The notes under the pieces were generated by a model, which did not search any database, was not told the origin of the DNA, and saw only the letters and a list, made by a program, of their open reading frames with translations. A program made the position numbers and the translations under genes. A DNA stretch of 57,040 bases, from assembly GCA_963693365.1 (NCBI GenBank), contig CAVNZM010000016.1, positions 1,164,131 to 1,221,170 of the forward strand, read 5' to 3'. Positions within the stretch are counted from its first letter, which is position 1. The number at the start of each line of letters is the position of its first letter. Positions 1 to 11,200 of the stretch are shown piece after piece. Origin of the DNA: Amoebidium appalachense. Its lineage: Eukaryota > Protista > Ichthyosporea.

Positions 1-88
1 GGGTGGGGGTGGGGGCACGTAATAGTGCTCATAGTACGGGTTGTACGGGTTGTCATACCCGTCACTCTCCTCGTAGCTGTCCTCCTCT

Positions 89-463
89 TCATAGGTCACC
101 CGTGCCAAGGGCTTTCGTGGGGCCTTCTTCTGCTTTGGCCGGGGGGCCTTTGGGGGTGCTACCAGTACCGGTGCTGCTGCTGGGGGGTGGGGGGTCGGCT
201 GGGCGGGTCTCCAGCACCTGCAGCTTCTGCTCAAGTTCACGGATATAGTCCTTGTTCCTACGCATGCGTTCCACCCTTGTGCTCCTACCCTTCTCCAAGG
301 CCTCCAGCTGCCGTGCTGTGGGTTGCCGTTTGGCCCTTGCCGCGTTGCCGGCTTCCAGCACCATGGGTTCCACACCCATACCGGTGTTGGTGGTTTCGTT
401 GGACACCGGTTGGTCGGCCTCACCGTCCGACATGCGCTCGATTTGGTTCTCGTCGGTTGACAT
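89..463 (-). CDS. Hypothetical viral protein (predicted coiled coil)
   Basis: ORF 89..499; likely start is the ATG at 463 (MSTDENQ...). Charged helical segment RQLEALEKGRSTRVERMRRNKDYIRELEQKL. Divergent from the capsid gene cluster. Confidence 0.55.
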   Translation of the reverse strand: MSTDENQIERMSDGEADQPVSNETTNTGMGVEPMVLEAGNAARAKRQPTARQLEALEKGRSTRVERMRRNKDYIRELEQKLQVLETRPADPPPPSSSTGTGSTPKGPPAKAEEGPTKALGTGDL

Positions 464-557
464 TGTTGGTGTTACCAATAGGGACACATTTTTTTCCAAC
501 GTTGGGCGTACACACGTCCAAAAAATGTGTGCCCACTATCAAACACGGTCAACCAAC

Positions 558-794
558 ATGGTCGTCACAACGTCCAAGAGCGCGTCCAACACGGATGCCG
601 AGCCGTGGCAGCACGCGTGCGACTTCTGTGGGCACTGGTTCCGGTGTGCCACGCAGGAGGAGGGGCCAGGCTGTGACTTTGACTGTGGGTGCACCATGAC
701 GTGGCTGGGGGACGAGCCTATGTACCTCTGCAGTTTCAAGTGCCTCGACGAGTTTACCGTCTACAACGTGCAGATCGACAGCTGCCGTCATTAA
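558..794 (+). CDS. Small Cys-rich (putative Zn-binding) viral protein
   Basis: ATG in CAACATG context like neighbouring genes. CDFC...C...CDFDCGC...CSFKC pattern. Confidence 0.55.
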   Translation: MVVTTSKSASNTDAEPWQHACDFCGHWFRCATQEEGPGCDFDCGCTMTWLGDEPMYLCSFKCLDEFTVYNVQIDSCRH

Positions 795-822
795 TTTTAG
801 CCACCCTACACTGAGTGACACC

Positions 823-1565
823 ATGCACCCTACCCCACCCATAGCCGTCAACCCCTTGCCGGCACCACTGTCGGTGGAGCACATTCCGATGACGTGTGAC
901 ACCAAACTGAACGTGCCCTACCCCCTCATGGACAACGTGTTCTTCTTTTTGCTTATTGGCCAGCCTGGTTCTGGCAAGTCCAACCTGCTCGTCAACCTCA
1001 TTGCCCGGGAGGGCGAGTTCTACAATAAACAGTTTGACCGTGTGTACATTTTCAGCCCGAGCATGCACACCCTCGGCACGGCCCTGAAAATTCCCAAGGC
1101 CCGCCTGCACCGGACGTCACCTTCCTCCCCGAGATTCTCAAACTGTCCCTCCAACACAAGAAGGTCAACCCAAATTACCGGATGTTGTTGGTGTTCGACG
1201 GCATGTCCCATATTTTCCGAAAATCCGGCAACCTCCGTGAATTTGTACGTATGGCACAGAACCGACGACACATTGGTGTGTCGGTGATGATGGTGGGGCA
1301 GAAATTGAACAAGATCCCCCTTGAGCTACGTAGCCAGGCCGATGCCTTGGCCTATTTTAAGAACACCAACAACACCGAGCTCAAGGTGTTGAGGGACGAG
1401 TTCTTGCCGGCCCTCGAAACCCCCCAGTTTTTCGAGCTCATGGACACGGTCTACCGGGACAAGCACGACTTTCTTTTTATCCGGCTGAACGAGGGTCGGA
1501 TGTTTCGCAATTTTGAGGAGGAGGTGGTGCTCGGCACGAATGAAAAAAATGTCGACCATGTATAA
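823..1565 (+). pseudogene. A32/FtsK-family DNA packaging ATPase, frameshifted near 1112
   Basis: Walker A GQPGSGKS in ORF 823..1287. Walker B-like LLVFDG, Arg-finger QNRRHIG and GQ...IPLELR motifs in ORF 1182..1565. Adjacent to the MCP gene. Confidence 0.88.
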
Positions 1566-1577
1566 CACACCGGCAAC

Positions 1578-3326
1578 ATGGCAGCAACCTACGACGCCTC
1601 CGTGCCCCTCAACCTGGCCTACCACAAGCTGACGGACGCCGGCACCTACTCACCTGTCGAGCTCAGCCACATTAACCGCCGATCGACCGTCAAGACCTAT
1701 CCGGTGACCGGCTCGACGTACAGCTCCAAGGGGCAGCGTGTGATTCGGTTCTCCCTGCCTGCCGTGGGCTTCCTGGACTGTCTCAACAGCTACATGACGT
1801 TCCAGTTCAAGGCCAACGTCCCCAACGCCCCCGAGAACTTGGGTGTCAAGGTGGAGAGACTGCGGAAGTTCCCCCTCCCTGACCAGCTCGACCACCCCAT
1901 CAGCAACAACCAGGAGACTGTCGGCTATGAGGGTACCACTGTGCCCCAGACCGGGACGGCTGATTCTGACACCCTCAATCCGGCGGCTGTTGCCAGTAAG
2001 GACATTTTCCCTCTCAAGGTCCGTAACCTGGAGGGTATGGCTATGATGGGTGGTCACCTGTGCTCCTCGGCTGCCCCCTTTGACCGTGCCCGCGTGTCCA
2101 TCAACGGCACTACCGTGGAGGACATTTCTGGGTACAACCACCTCATGATCAACCTTGAACGCTTCCTGTCGTCGGCCGACTACGGCAACTGCCCTGCCGG
2201 CCGCATGCATGGCACCTACGGGCCCCAGGACGACGACTGGGAGTACGCAGACAAGTGGAATACGACTGTCGATAGTAAATACGCTCTCTTCAACCCCGAC
2301 CCGCTCAAGAGGCTGTTTGGCATTGAAAACCTCAAGGACGTAGCCCCCCTTGCCAATGACACCTTGATACCCACACCCGCCGAGGCCGACAGTGTACCCG
2401 GCAAGGACCGCATTACAGACGGCAAGTACCTCGACTACACCAAGAAGGTGGCCAAGTGGCCACCCCAGCAGGTCAACATTCAGGCCCAGATCGATGCCAC
2501 TGACGGGTTCACCTACATTCATCAGCTCAAGCTCGGCCTCATGAGTTCCGGCAGGTACCTGCCCCTGTCATACATGGGGGAGGTACAGATCGAGCTGTCG
2601 CTGGGGGAGGCCAACCAGGTGCTGTACGTGCCCACCGAGAACGCGGAATGGGTGAAGGACGTGTCCTACGAGACTATCAACCCCGTCTTCCACTGTGAAA
2701 TTATTGAGTGGAACGCCGTGTACACGGCCGGCTTTGAGAAGGCTCTGATGGAGAAGAACGTGTATATTCCATACAGCACGTTCACCCATTTCCAGAGCTA
2801 CGTCAAGGGGGGCAGTCCTGCCGACCTGCACATTTCGTTCCGGGGGCGGAACATCAAGTCCCTGCTGTCCCTGGTGAGGAGTGGCAACGACTGGGCCCAA
2901 GCAAACAGCGAGACGTTCAGGTCCAAGCGTAGTAACATCACCAGCTACCAGATCAAGATAGGACCCTACCAGAAGCCCCTCGACGAGATTCGAGTGTCCT
3001 CGAACAACTGTGCCGAGGCATGGGCGGAGTTGGCCAAGGCCCTGTACTTCTTGGGTGACGTCACGGCCGACTGCATGTACAACAGCACTGCCTGGCCGGA
3101 TAAACAGTTCATGATTGCCCTTGACCTGGAGAGGGACCGTGACCTGTACTCTGGCCTCGACACCAGCTCCGATGCTACCCCCATTCTGCTGCACCTCAAC
3201 ACGGAGAAGTTCACCAGCGGTACCTCCAGAGCCAACGAGTACGACGACCTGACCCTTGACACGTTTGTGCACCATGAAAACGTGCTTGTGCTGTCTGGTG
3301 CCCGTGAGGTGACGGTGGAGGCCTAG
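1578..3326 (+). CDS. Double-jelly-roll major capsid protein (PLV type)
   Basis: Intact 582-aa ORF. N-terminal IRFSLPAVGFLDCLNSYMTF; C-terminal ITSYQIKIG, AELAKAL, FMIALDLE..SGLDT, TFVHHENVL patterns typical of PLV capsids. Follows the ATPase. Confidence 0.85.
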   Translation: MAATYDASVPLNLAYHKLTDAGTYSPVELSHINRRSTVKTYPVTGSTYSSKGQRVIRFSLPAVGFLDCLNSYMTFQFKANVPNAPENLGVKVERLRKFPLPDQLDHPISNNQETVGYEGTTVPQTGTADSDTLNPAAVASKDIFPLKVRNLEGMAMMGGHLCSSAAPFDRARVSINGTTVEDISGYNHLMINLERFLSSADYGNCPAGRMHGTYGPQDDDWEYADKWNTTVDSKYALFNPDPLKRLFGIENLKDVAPLANDTLIPTPAEADSVPGKDRITDGKYLDYTKKVAKWPPQQVNIQAQIDATDGFTYIHQLKLGLMSSGRYLPLSYMGEVQIELSLGEANQVLYVPTENAEWVKDVSYETINPVFHCEIIEWNAVYTAGFEKALMEKNVYIPYSTFTHFQSYVKGGSPADLHISFRGRNIKSLLSLVRSGNDWAQANSETFRSKRSNITSYQIKIGPYQKPLDEIRVSSNNCAEAWAELAKALYFLGDVTADCMYNSTAWPDKQFMIALDLERDRDLYSGLDTSSDATPILLHLNTEKFTSGTSRANEYDDLTLDTFVHHENVLVLSGAREVTVEA

Positions 3327-3374
3327 AGTGCTAAATTGTGTCTGGCTATATAAAAACAAGCACACACGGCAAAC

Positions 3375-3794
3375 ATGGCTACCGACACTGCTATTGTACC
3401 GTGGGCACCTACACCTAGCCATGTTACCGACACTGCCGTTGTACCGTGGGCACCTACACCAACCCAGGCAGCCGTGTACGGCTACAAGGTGGCTCCACAG
3501 GCCGAGTACGAGGCAGCCTATGTTGCCCCCTACCGTGTACCTCACACGGACGGCACCTTCCAGGCCGGGGTGTACGGTGTGCCGTTCCGTGAGCTGCCGA
3601 CTTTCGGCAACCTGCCCGCCGACAACCACCTACCCTCCATGCCGGGCAGGAGTGGTCTGGGTAGCAGGGGTCTCCCGTTCAACAACCAGACCTACTACCT
3701 GGACTTTGCACCCGTGAGGGTGGGCCGTAGTGGTGACCCCCAGAACAGCTTTACCAGGCAACCCATGGCACAGTATGCCGGGTTCTCCAAATAA
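3375..3794 (+). CDS. Hypothetical viral protein with duplicated N-terminal TDTAxVPWAPTP
   Basis: 139-aa ORF preceded by TATATAAAAAC and AAACATG; followed by AATAAA. Confidence 0.65.
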   Translation: MATDTAIVPWAPTPSHVTDTAVVPWAPTPTQAAVYGYKVAPQAEYEAAYVAPYRVPHTDGTFQAGVYGVPFRELPTFGNLPADNHLPSMPGRSGLGSRGLPFNNQTYYLDFAPVRVGRSGDPQNSFTRQPMAQYAGFSK

Positions 3795-4468
3795 TAAACA
3801 CCAGTTTACAACAATACCGTGTCCACCATGTCCCCCAACGTGCAGCAGCCTCATGGGCACGCTGATGACTTGGACAAGCATTTGGGTTGGTTACAACGTG
3901 TGGGCCATTACCGTGTCAGCTACAAGCACCCACACGAGGTCGCCGGGGAAACGTGGCGTGAGCTCCCTGTCGGTTTGTTTGGGTCTTTGCAGCAGCGGTT
4001 GCACCCGGATGAATACCGTAAGCTCATTAGGGAGGGTCCCGAGGCCTTCCTCAGGCTCAAGTACATGGACCCTGACCATGGGTCTTTGTGGGGTGGGCAT
4101 CCGCCGGAGGTGGTTAAGGTGGACCTAGACTACATGGACTACTACTCCCACCTCAAGGACAAGTACGGTAGCTCGTACGTGTGGACCAGACCCCGACCAC
4201 CCCCTCCCCCCGTGCCTGACGTGACCCCACTGGCACCCCCTCCCCTCCCCCCACCCCGTCCGACCACCCAACCAAGTCAGCTGACCCTCCCATACCCTAC
4301 CCACCCCCGGGCTGGCACCCTGGACCACCACCACCACGGCCAACGTCTGCCATACGTCCCCCTGCCCGTGTCTCCAAGGGACCGCTGACACCCCACACGG
4401 GCGGCTCGACCACGACTCCCCCGACCGTCGGGTTTCCTAGGGCAGAAGGGACCCAAACCCACCCGTAC

Positions 4469-4901
4469 ACCCCTCCCGTACCCACCCCCCAACTGGCACC
4501 CCCGGCCCACTGCCCACGACCCCTGCAGCACCCCACCTGCCTGCCAAGCCCGACGGGCCACCCCTCCCGTACCCACCCCCCAACTGGCACCCCGGCCCAC
4601 TGCCCACGACCCCTGCAGCACCCCACCTGCCTGCCAAGCCCGACGGGCCACCCCTCCCGTACCCACCCCCCAACTGGCACCCCGGCCCACTGCCCACGAC
4701 CCCTGCAGCACCCCACCTGCCTGCCAAGCCCGACGGGCCACCCCTCCCGTACCCACCCCCCAACTGGCACCCCGGCCCACTGCCCACGACTCTGGCAGCA
4801 CCCCACCTGCCTGCCAAGCCCGACGGGCCACCCCTCCCGTACCCACCCCCCAACTGGCACCCCGACCCACTGCCCACGACCCCTGCAGCACCCCACCTGC
4901 C
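4469..4901 (+). repeat. Tandem repeat, 90-bp unit, ~4.8 copies
   Basis: CCCCTCCCGTACCCACC... recurs at 4470, 4561, 4651, 4741, 4831. Encodes PLPYPPPNWHPGPLPTTPAAPHLPAKPDGP. Confidence 0.95.
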
Positions 4902-6030
4902 AGCCATGGCACCAACCAGCACGGCAACTTCTGCAACACCGACCGAGACTCAGCTAGCCGAAGCCACCACTGCTGCCGTTGCCACTATTGAGGACGACTC
5001 CTTTTGGGCCCCCCTCTCGGAGCTGGAGAGGTGGCTCATGTTGAACCACCCGAATTGGTGGAGGGTGGCACAGATAGGTGGCCTCGCTCTTGTCAAGTGG
5101 ATCCTCTGGGGTCTCGGGGACAAGGGCAACCAGGCGAGGGCTGCAAGGGCTGCCGGGAGGGAGTTTGGCCGTGTTCTAAGTGCACCACCACCACTGGCAT
5201 TCCTAACCGAGACTCCGACGGTTCACCCCTCCCTTGCTGCCACCTACTACCCAACGACTAAAAAGTCGGTCACCATGAAGGGGGGAGGGACGACACCTGC
5301 ACTCTGGAGACCCCCCACGAGCCCGGCTGCACCGTCAACCACTCTGCAAGGGGGACTCGAGGGTCCCACGTCTGCTACCCCACCCGATGAGGGGACCTAT
5401 GAGCCCGTACCGGTGACCCGTACCGACAAGGGTTCCTCCGGTATGAACGCGTTGCTGGGGCCACTCAAACGGATGCACGGTGAGAGCCTGGAGGAGTATG
5501 AGAGACGGATGTACGAGCAAAACTCAGTGTTTGACAACCCGGCCTTGACACCCTATATGAAATCGGTGTTGAAACGTGGCGTTGAAGCACTTTCAGCGGG
5601 TGGGGAGAGGCTGGCTAGTGTGGACGGAGGGGGCAGCCTGCAGGAAGCTGTGTTGGGTGACCAGGGCCTTATCACCGAGGTGAAAAACGTCGGAAAGCAC
5701 TTGCTGGAGTACTACGTGCAGCAGCACAAGTCGACTCCACCGGCCTTCTCCACCCCTCTAGCTATAGAGCACGACCCTTCGGGTGGCCGTAGGTCCGGGA
5801 GAAAGCCTCCCCCTGCAGGCCCCTCTGCAAAACCAAGTCCGGCTACGCGTCATGACGGCTACAAGTCGGGGGACCTACCACACCACACACAGCACCCACA
5901 CGTCCGAGCAGCCCTTCCGTTGGTTAGGGCAGCCCTACCGACTGTTGGCCGGGCCCTTGGTTTTCAACCGGACACTGTGAGACTGGCACAGCTTGCACTG
6001 GACTACACCACTGGTACCACCGAGGAGGAT

Positions 6031-6232
6031 AAGAAGAAGAAGGACACCAAGAAGAAGGGTACGAAGAAGAAGGACGGCAAGAAGAAGGACACCAAGAAGA
6101 AGGAGGACAACAAGATTCTTAGAAGAAGGACACCAAGAAGAAGGACACAAAGAAGAAGGACGTCAAGAAGAAGGACACCAAGAAGAAGGACACCAAGAAG
6201 AAGGACACCAAGAAGAAGGACACCAAGAAGAA
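6031..6232 (+). repeat. 15-bp coding tandem repeat AAGAAGAAGGACACC
   Basis: About a dozen imperfect copies, read as KKKDT and then as RRRTP after a phase change near 6118. Confidence 0.9.
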
Positions 6233-6300
6233 ACCAGCGGCAAGAAGAAGGGTAAATAATCTACGCCACAGGCAACAGTGACACCACCACCACCACCATT

Positions 6301-6537
6301 ATGGCACCCGGCACGGAGCACATGCGCATGTATGCGTTGCCACACACCCTTGCCCCCCTCCCCGTACCCCTCCCCTACCGCACCCGACCGGCCCCCGGGC
6401 CTGTACCCCAAACCCGACCGTTCTACGGGCCGGGAAACACCGTCATTGAGGGCCCAGGGGGGACCATGAGGCCGAGGCCGGCCACGTACACACCCTGGCC
6501 TGTGGCTGCCGACAAGAGCTCCTTCCAGAACTATTAA
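6301..6537 (+). CDS. Small Pro-rich hypothetical viral protein
   Basis: 78-aa ATG ORF co-oriented in the cluster, followed by an AT-rich spacer. Confidence 0.5.
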   Translation: MAPGTEHMRMYALPHTLAPLPVPLPYRTRPAPGPVPQTRPFYGPGNTVIEGPGGTMRPRPATYTPWPVAADKSSFQNY

Positions 6538-6576
6538 ATATTGTGTGTGGTTGTGTAAACACCCTACTTCTGCAAC

Positions 6577-6768
6577 ATGGAGCTCAACATTGGCGGGCCC
6601 CCCATACGTAAGAAGCCGTTCATTTTTCCGGAGCAGAACAACAGCTTAAACGTCATGGACGTCTCGACCATACGTGACTTCCGGGAACGCCCGTTGGCCT
6701 ACACCGTACCGTTGTCCGGCATCAACGCCAACCGTCCCATACGCACGGCACCTGTGGTGTTTAAATAA
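6577..6768 (+). CDS. Small hypothetical viral protein
   Basis: 63-aa ORF with CAACATG start context; stop overlaps AATAAA. Confidence 0.55.
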   Translation: MELNIGGPPIRKKPFIFPEQNNSLNVMDVSTIRDFRERPLAYTVPLSGINANRPIRTAPVVFK

Positions 6769-6885
6769 ACTTGAGTGGGTCGACGGTAGTGTGGGCACGT
6801 GCTGGCACACCCCCTACCACCACCTGCTACCCCTAACATATTGTGCACATGTCTTGTATTTAGGTCACGGTACAGTAGCACCAGG

Positions 6886-7774
6886 CTACAGGTAAAACAT
6901 GTTGTATTCCACAAGCATGTGGTAGTTTTTAAGGTCCCTCTCCAGCTGCACCCACACCTTGTCACTCTTGACTCTAGTCACCTTGCTTTTGACGGCCGGC
7001 ACCAGCCTAGCCACCACCTCAGCATCCATACCACCCACTAATTCCACCATTTTCACCAGCAGGAACGGGTACCCCACAAAGTTCTTCCTTGTGTCCTCCT
7101 TGTGCCTCCTATGCCACGACAAGGAGAACTTAAACATGCCCATCAAGAGCTCGAGCTGTTCACACGTGAACCTAGGGAGGGGGTGACCGTACAGCCTGTT
7201 TAATATATAAGGTACACGCATGTAGTGTTTTGTAAGCTTGTTCTGTCTCAACACCCTCCTTGCCTGGTCTGCATTCTCTATGTGTGCCACACCCCTGAAT
7301 GCTGCCACCACCCCCTCCTGCATGTCCCCCATGGAAGCATTCAACCCCTGCACCGACTGAAGTAGCTGCTTGAAGTGGTTGATGTGTCTGTATGGCTGTG
7401 ACCTCTTCCTGTCCCAGAAGGCCGTGCACCCCTCATAGGTCTTCCTCCCCTCACCGTCACTCCCCTCCCACCCCCTCCCGTCGTACACCCAGTCCTCCTC
7501 CCCCTCTCCCTCCCCCTCCTCCCCCCCCTTCCCCTCCCCCCTCCTCGTACACGTACTCCTGGACTCCACCGTCGTGCCCGTAGTCGTCGTGTCCCCCCGT
7601 GCACGTCTCCCTGTTGCAGTATGCCCACCAACATGCATTCGGTGGTTGTAGTGGGGGTGGGGGTGGGGGTGTGGTCGGGCTACAGTACATGTCGAAGAGG
7701 AAGGGGCATAAGTCTAGCAGCTTCTCGGGGTCTGTGGTGTCTGCCACCATACTTAGCAGTGTGTCTTCATCCAT
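6886..7774 (-). pseudogene. VLTF3-like late transcription factor, frameshifted in a purine tract
   Basis: YRHINHFKQLL, RKNFVGYPFLLVKMVELVG and KSK...SDKVW match conserved VLTF3 blocks. N-terminus probably in ORF 7457..7774. Confidence 0.82.
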
Positions 7775-8291
7775 TTTTAATTTTGATTTTTTCGTGTGTT
7801 GCCTGTTTTCGTGTTGGAAAAAGTGAGGTATCTTTGCACATGTGTGTGCCTTTTATATGTGCTGGTGCCTGCTCTTTTTGGCAAGTCTCCCCCCCTTGTA
7901 TGCATGTATGGTGCTGTTGTTGGTGTTCATGCTTCTGCCCAAGGCCACATTGGAAGGGTTTGACAATGTGTTTGCATTAAACTCTGATTTTATTTGCTGC
8001 TTCCCCTCATGCATACGGTGCACGTGGTGTATGCCCAAAAACACCGTCTTTTTCTTTAAGTTTTTCTTCTGACCCCCTTTCCCATGCACACTGCACCCCA
8101 TTTTCCTTTTTTCTGAAGCTAAGTTAACAGACACCCCATATAATTTTCATGTCTACCCTAACATATTCCCTGCATACTTTGATACTTTGATTTAACTTTG
8201 ATTTAAAAATTGCATACTTTAACTTAAAATGCTAACTAACCCTTCCCCCCTTCCCCTCCCCCCTCCCTCCCCCCCCTACCCCTCCCCCCAC

Positions 8292-11200
8292 TCAAAACTG
8301 CAGGGCCCCCTCCGGTGCTGCCCACCCAATGGGGTAGCTGCGTACACTGCCGTCGGCCGCCTCGAACACCCCCCTCTTGTCGAACGCCCCCGACTGTGTC
8401 TTGCGCTGGTCCTTGCTGGCCAGGTGGTAGTTGTGGGGGACCCCGGGCACCGGCTCCCGCAGCAGCCGGTGGTTGGTGACGCTCACACTCGGCAGCTCGC
8501 CGTGCACCAGCATGCGCAGGCTGGGGAGGTTCACCATGTCGGCCGCCCGGCGGGACAGGGTGATGCCCTTGACCTTGACGTCGGTCTTGCCGTCCTGGGT
8601 GCGGTAGGCATAGGTCTTGGGGGCCACACCAACAAACTCGACGATGGGTGTCGACGTCTCGTTCTTCCAGTTGCCCAGCAGGTCCCCGTTGGTGGAGTCG
8701 ATGTTGTGGCTGAGGTGGGGCACCCTGCTGTCGTAGTGGTACACGATGGAGTCGGTGTCCATGTACACCACCTGCTGGGGGGAGAGGGACCGGAGGGCCC
8801 CGTAGAGGTGCAGCCGTGCATGGGCCGTCACGAACGTGCCGATGGCAATGTTGGCGTAGGAGGGGGGAGGTGCCGTCTCCTTCTTGGGCCGGTACTTGAT
8901 GGCCACCCTCTGCTCGCCGATGGGCTCGACGTCGAGCACCAGGATGTTGGGGTTGGTCACCAGCAGCCTCAGCCTGTCGACGTCGTCGACAAACTCGATG
9001 GTGTCCAGCCCTGCCCTCTGCACCAGCTTGCCCCAGAGGCTGTTCAGAAACAGCTTGCTGATGGTACGCAGGGCCGGGTTGGGGTCGAACTCGTGGGCGG
9101 TCACCGTGATGCCGTAGTGCTCCTTGAACAGGTGCACGAGGGCGGGGATGTCGGCCGGATCTACGGTGGTGCTGGTGAGCTTCACCTTCAGGAACGTCTG
9201 CACGTACTTCCGGAAGAGGTTCTTGGTGCGTTTCTTGAAGTGCACCACATCGTACACGTCGAGGATGGTGTACCCATCACGCACGGCCACCTTCAGCTCC
9301 TCCGTCGTCCACGTGCCCACCAGTGCCCTCTCCTCGTCCGTGTGTGTGCACAGTGTGTGCTCACGTACCTTGGGGTTGCCGTCCTCGTCCATGCAGGTGG
9401 CCTGGGCCTCCTCCTTGCTGCTGCAGGCCCTGCACAGCACAAAGCCCAGCTTGTCGTACCCCTGGGCACCCGTCATACGCACAGGCAGCACGGGGATGAA
9501 GAGGTCCTTGGGGGGGAGCACCCTCACACGTGCAACACCAAAGTACCCCTTGGTCCTGGCCTTGGGGGAGCCGGGGGTCATACGGCACGTCTTGTCGAGC
9601 CTCTCCTTCAGCACCTGGGCATCCGTGACGATGGCCGTGGGGTGGTCCTCCGTCTTGATGGGCAGTGACGTGAACCACTGTGACTTGCCCACGGGCATGT
9701 ACTTGTCAATCATCACGTACGGGTAGAGGGACGTGACGTCGACGTACTTGAGCCCGGCCTCCGGCCAGTCCTCCTCCTTGACCTCGATGTGACGGGTGAT
9801 GACCTCCGTACGGCCACCAAAGAAGGCATCACGGAACTGCACCGGGCCCGTGGGCACGGGGGCCACCCTGCCGGTGCCCTCCCTCCGTGCCGCCTGTGCT
9901 GCAAGTGCTGCCTTGACCTCGGGGCTCTGCCTCAGCCTGTCCCACCTGCACTCCCACATGCTCTGCACCTTGTGGCCCTGGGCACGGATGTACCTCTCGT
10001 GGCCCATGGTGCTGTCGTAGGCCTCCCTGGCCGGCCTCTTCACCACCCTCATCGTCAGGTCCTCGTGCCTGTTGCAGTCGGGGCACCCATGGAACACACA
10101 GCCCTGGAAGAAGTAGTAGGTGCACGTGCCGTCGTCGTGGGTGGCCTTGGCATCGGCAGTGGCCCTGCCGTGGGGGTCGTGCCCGGTGGCCACGTGCCGT
10201 GCAACGTCGTCTGGCCCCACCCCCAGGCCGTGGGTGACGTAGTCGATGTACTCCTGCTCCTTCTTGCTGCTGTTGACGTTGCCCATGGTCTGGTCACGCA
10301 TCACGGCCACGTCCTTGGGCATGGCCTGCGTGATCCAGAAGTGCATGGCGAGGGAAGCAAGGGTGACGCACGTGAAGGGGTCGATGCCCGTCAGCTCGAT
10401 GAGTTTCGACATGAAGGCCTTGACCACCTGCAGCAGCAGCACCACATCCTTGACACAGTAGTCCACAGTAGTCCTGGGCAATGTCGTAGCACGTGCCCGC
10501 CGGTGCCTGCCCCTGCAGACGTGCCTGCTCCTCCCGCCACCACTGCATGAAGGCAGCATGCTGCTTGGGCTTCATGCCCTGGGCCCCAAAGTCCTCGGGC
10601 CCAGGGAAGGGGATGTGGCCGGCCTTGAAGTTGGCAAAGGTGGCTGCATGGTGGGGGAAGTGGCCCTTGGTCTCCTGGCAGCCCATGGCCTTGCCTGCAT
10701 CCGACAGTGACATGGTGAGGAAGTTGAGGGTGTCCACGAACGTCAGCTCCACCACCGTCGTGCGGCTGCCGTCCCCCCTCTGCCCCCCGTGCCTCCTCTT
10801 CCGGCCGGCACCTGCTGCTGCTGCTGCTGCTGCTGCCTGCTGCTGCACATCACCAGTTGGCCATCACCATGGCCATTGCCATCGTGGCCATCACCATGGC
10901 CATGGCCATCGTGGCCATCACCATCACCATCACCATCCACCCGCATGGGCACGGGGGCTTCTGGTGCACCGGCATTCTTGATGTAGTGACGTATACGGCA
11001 GGACTTGATCTTGCTGTTGGCCATGATGGGCACGTACACGTAGTCCTGGCTGCCCACCACCCTCTTGGTCACAAAGTGGAAGTCAAAGCCACTGCCGTTG
11101 TGGCAGTACACCCGGCCGCCGGCATGGGCTGGTGTGTCGAACAGCCACTTGACCACCTTGTCGATCACGTGGTGGTTGTCCTCCATCAGCACGTCCCAGG

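Larger units (their letters stand above)
3819..6255 (+). pseudogene. Large Pro-rich repeat protein with basic C-terminal tail (one gene broken by a stop and frameshifts)
   Basis: ORF 3819..4388 reads through TGA 4386-4388 in frame into the 90-bp repeats. After one extra C near 4500 these are in frame with ORF 4906..6255. Confidence 0.65.

Noticed and set aside
1650-3629. Minus-strand ORFs over the capsid gene
   Set aside because: Antisense shadows of the MCP ORF.
4277-4939. Gly-rich repeat ORFs on the minus strand
   Set aside because: They come from the 90-bp repeat; the + frame is continuous with flanking ORFs.
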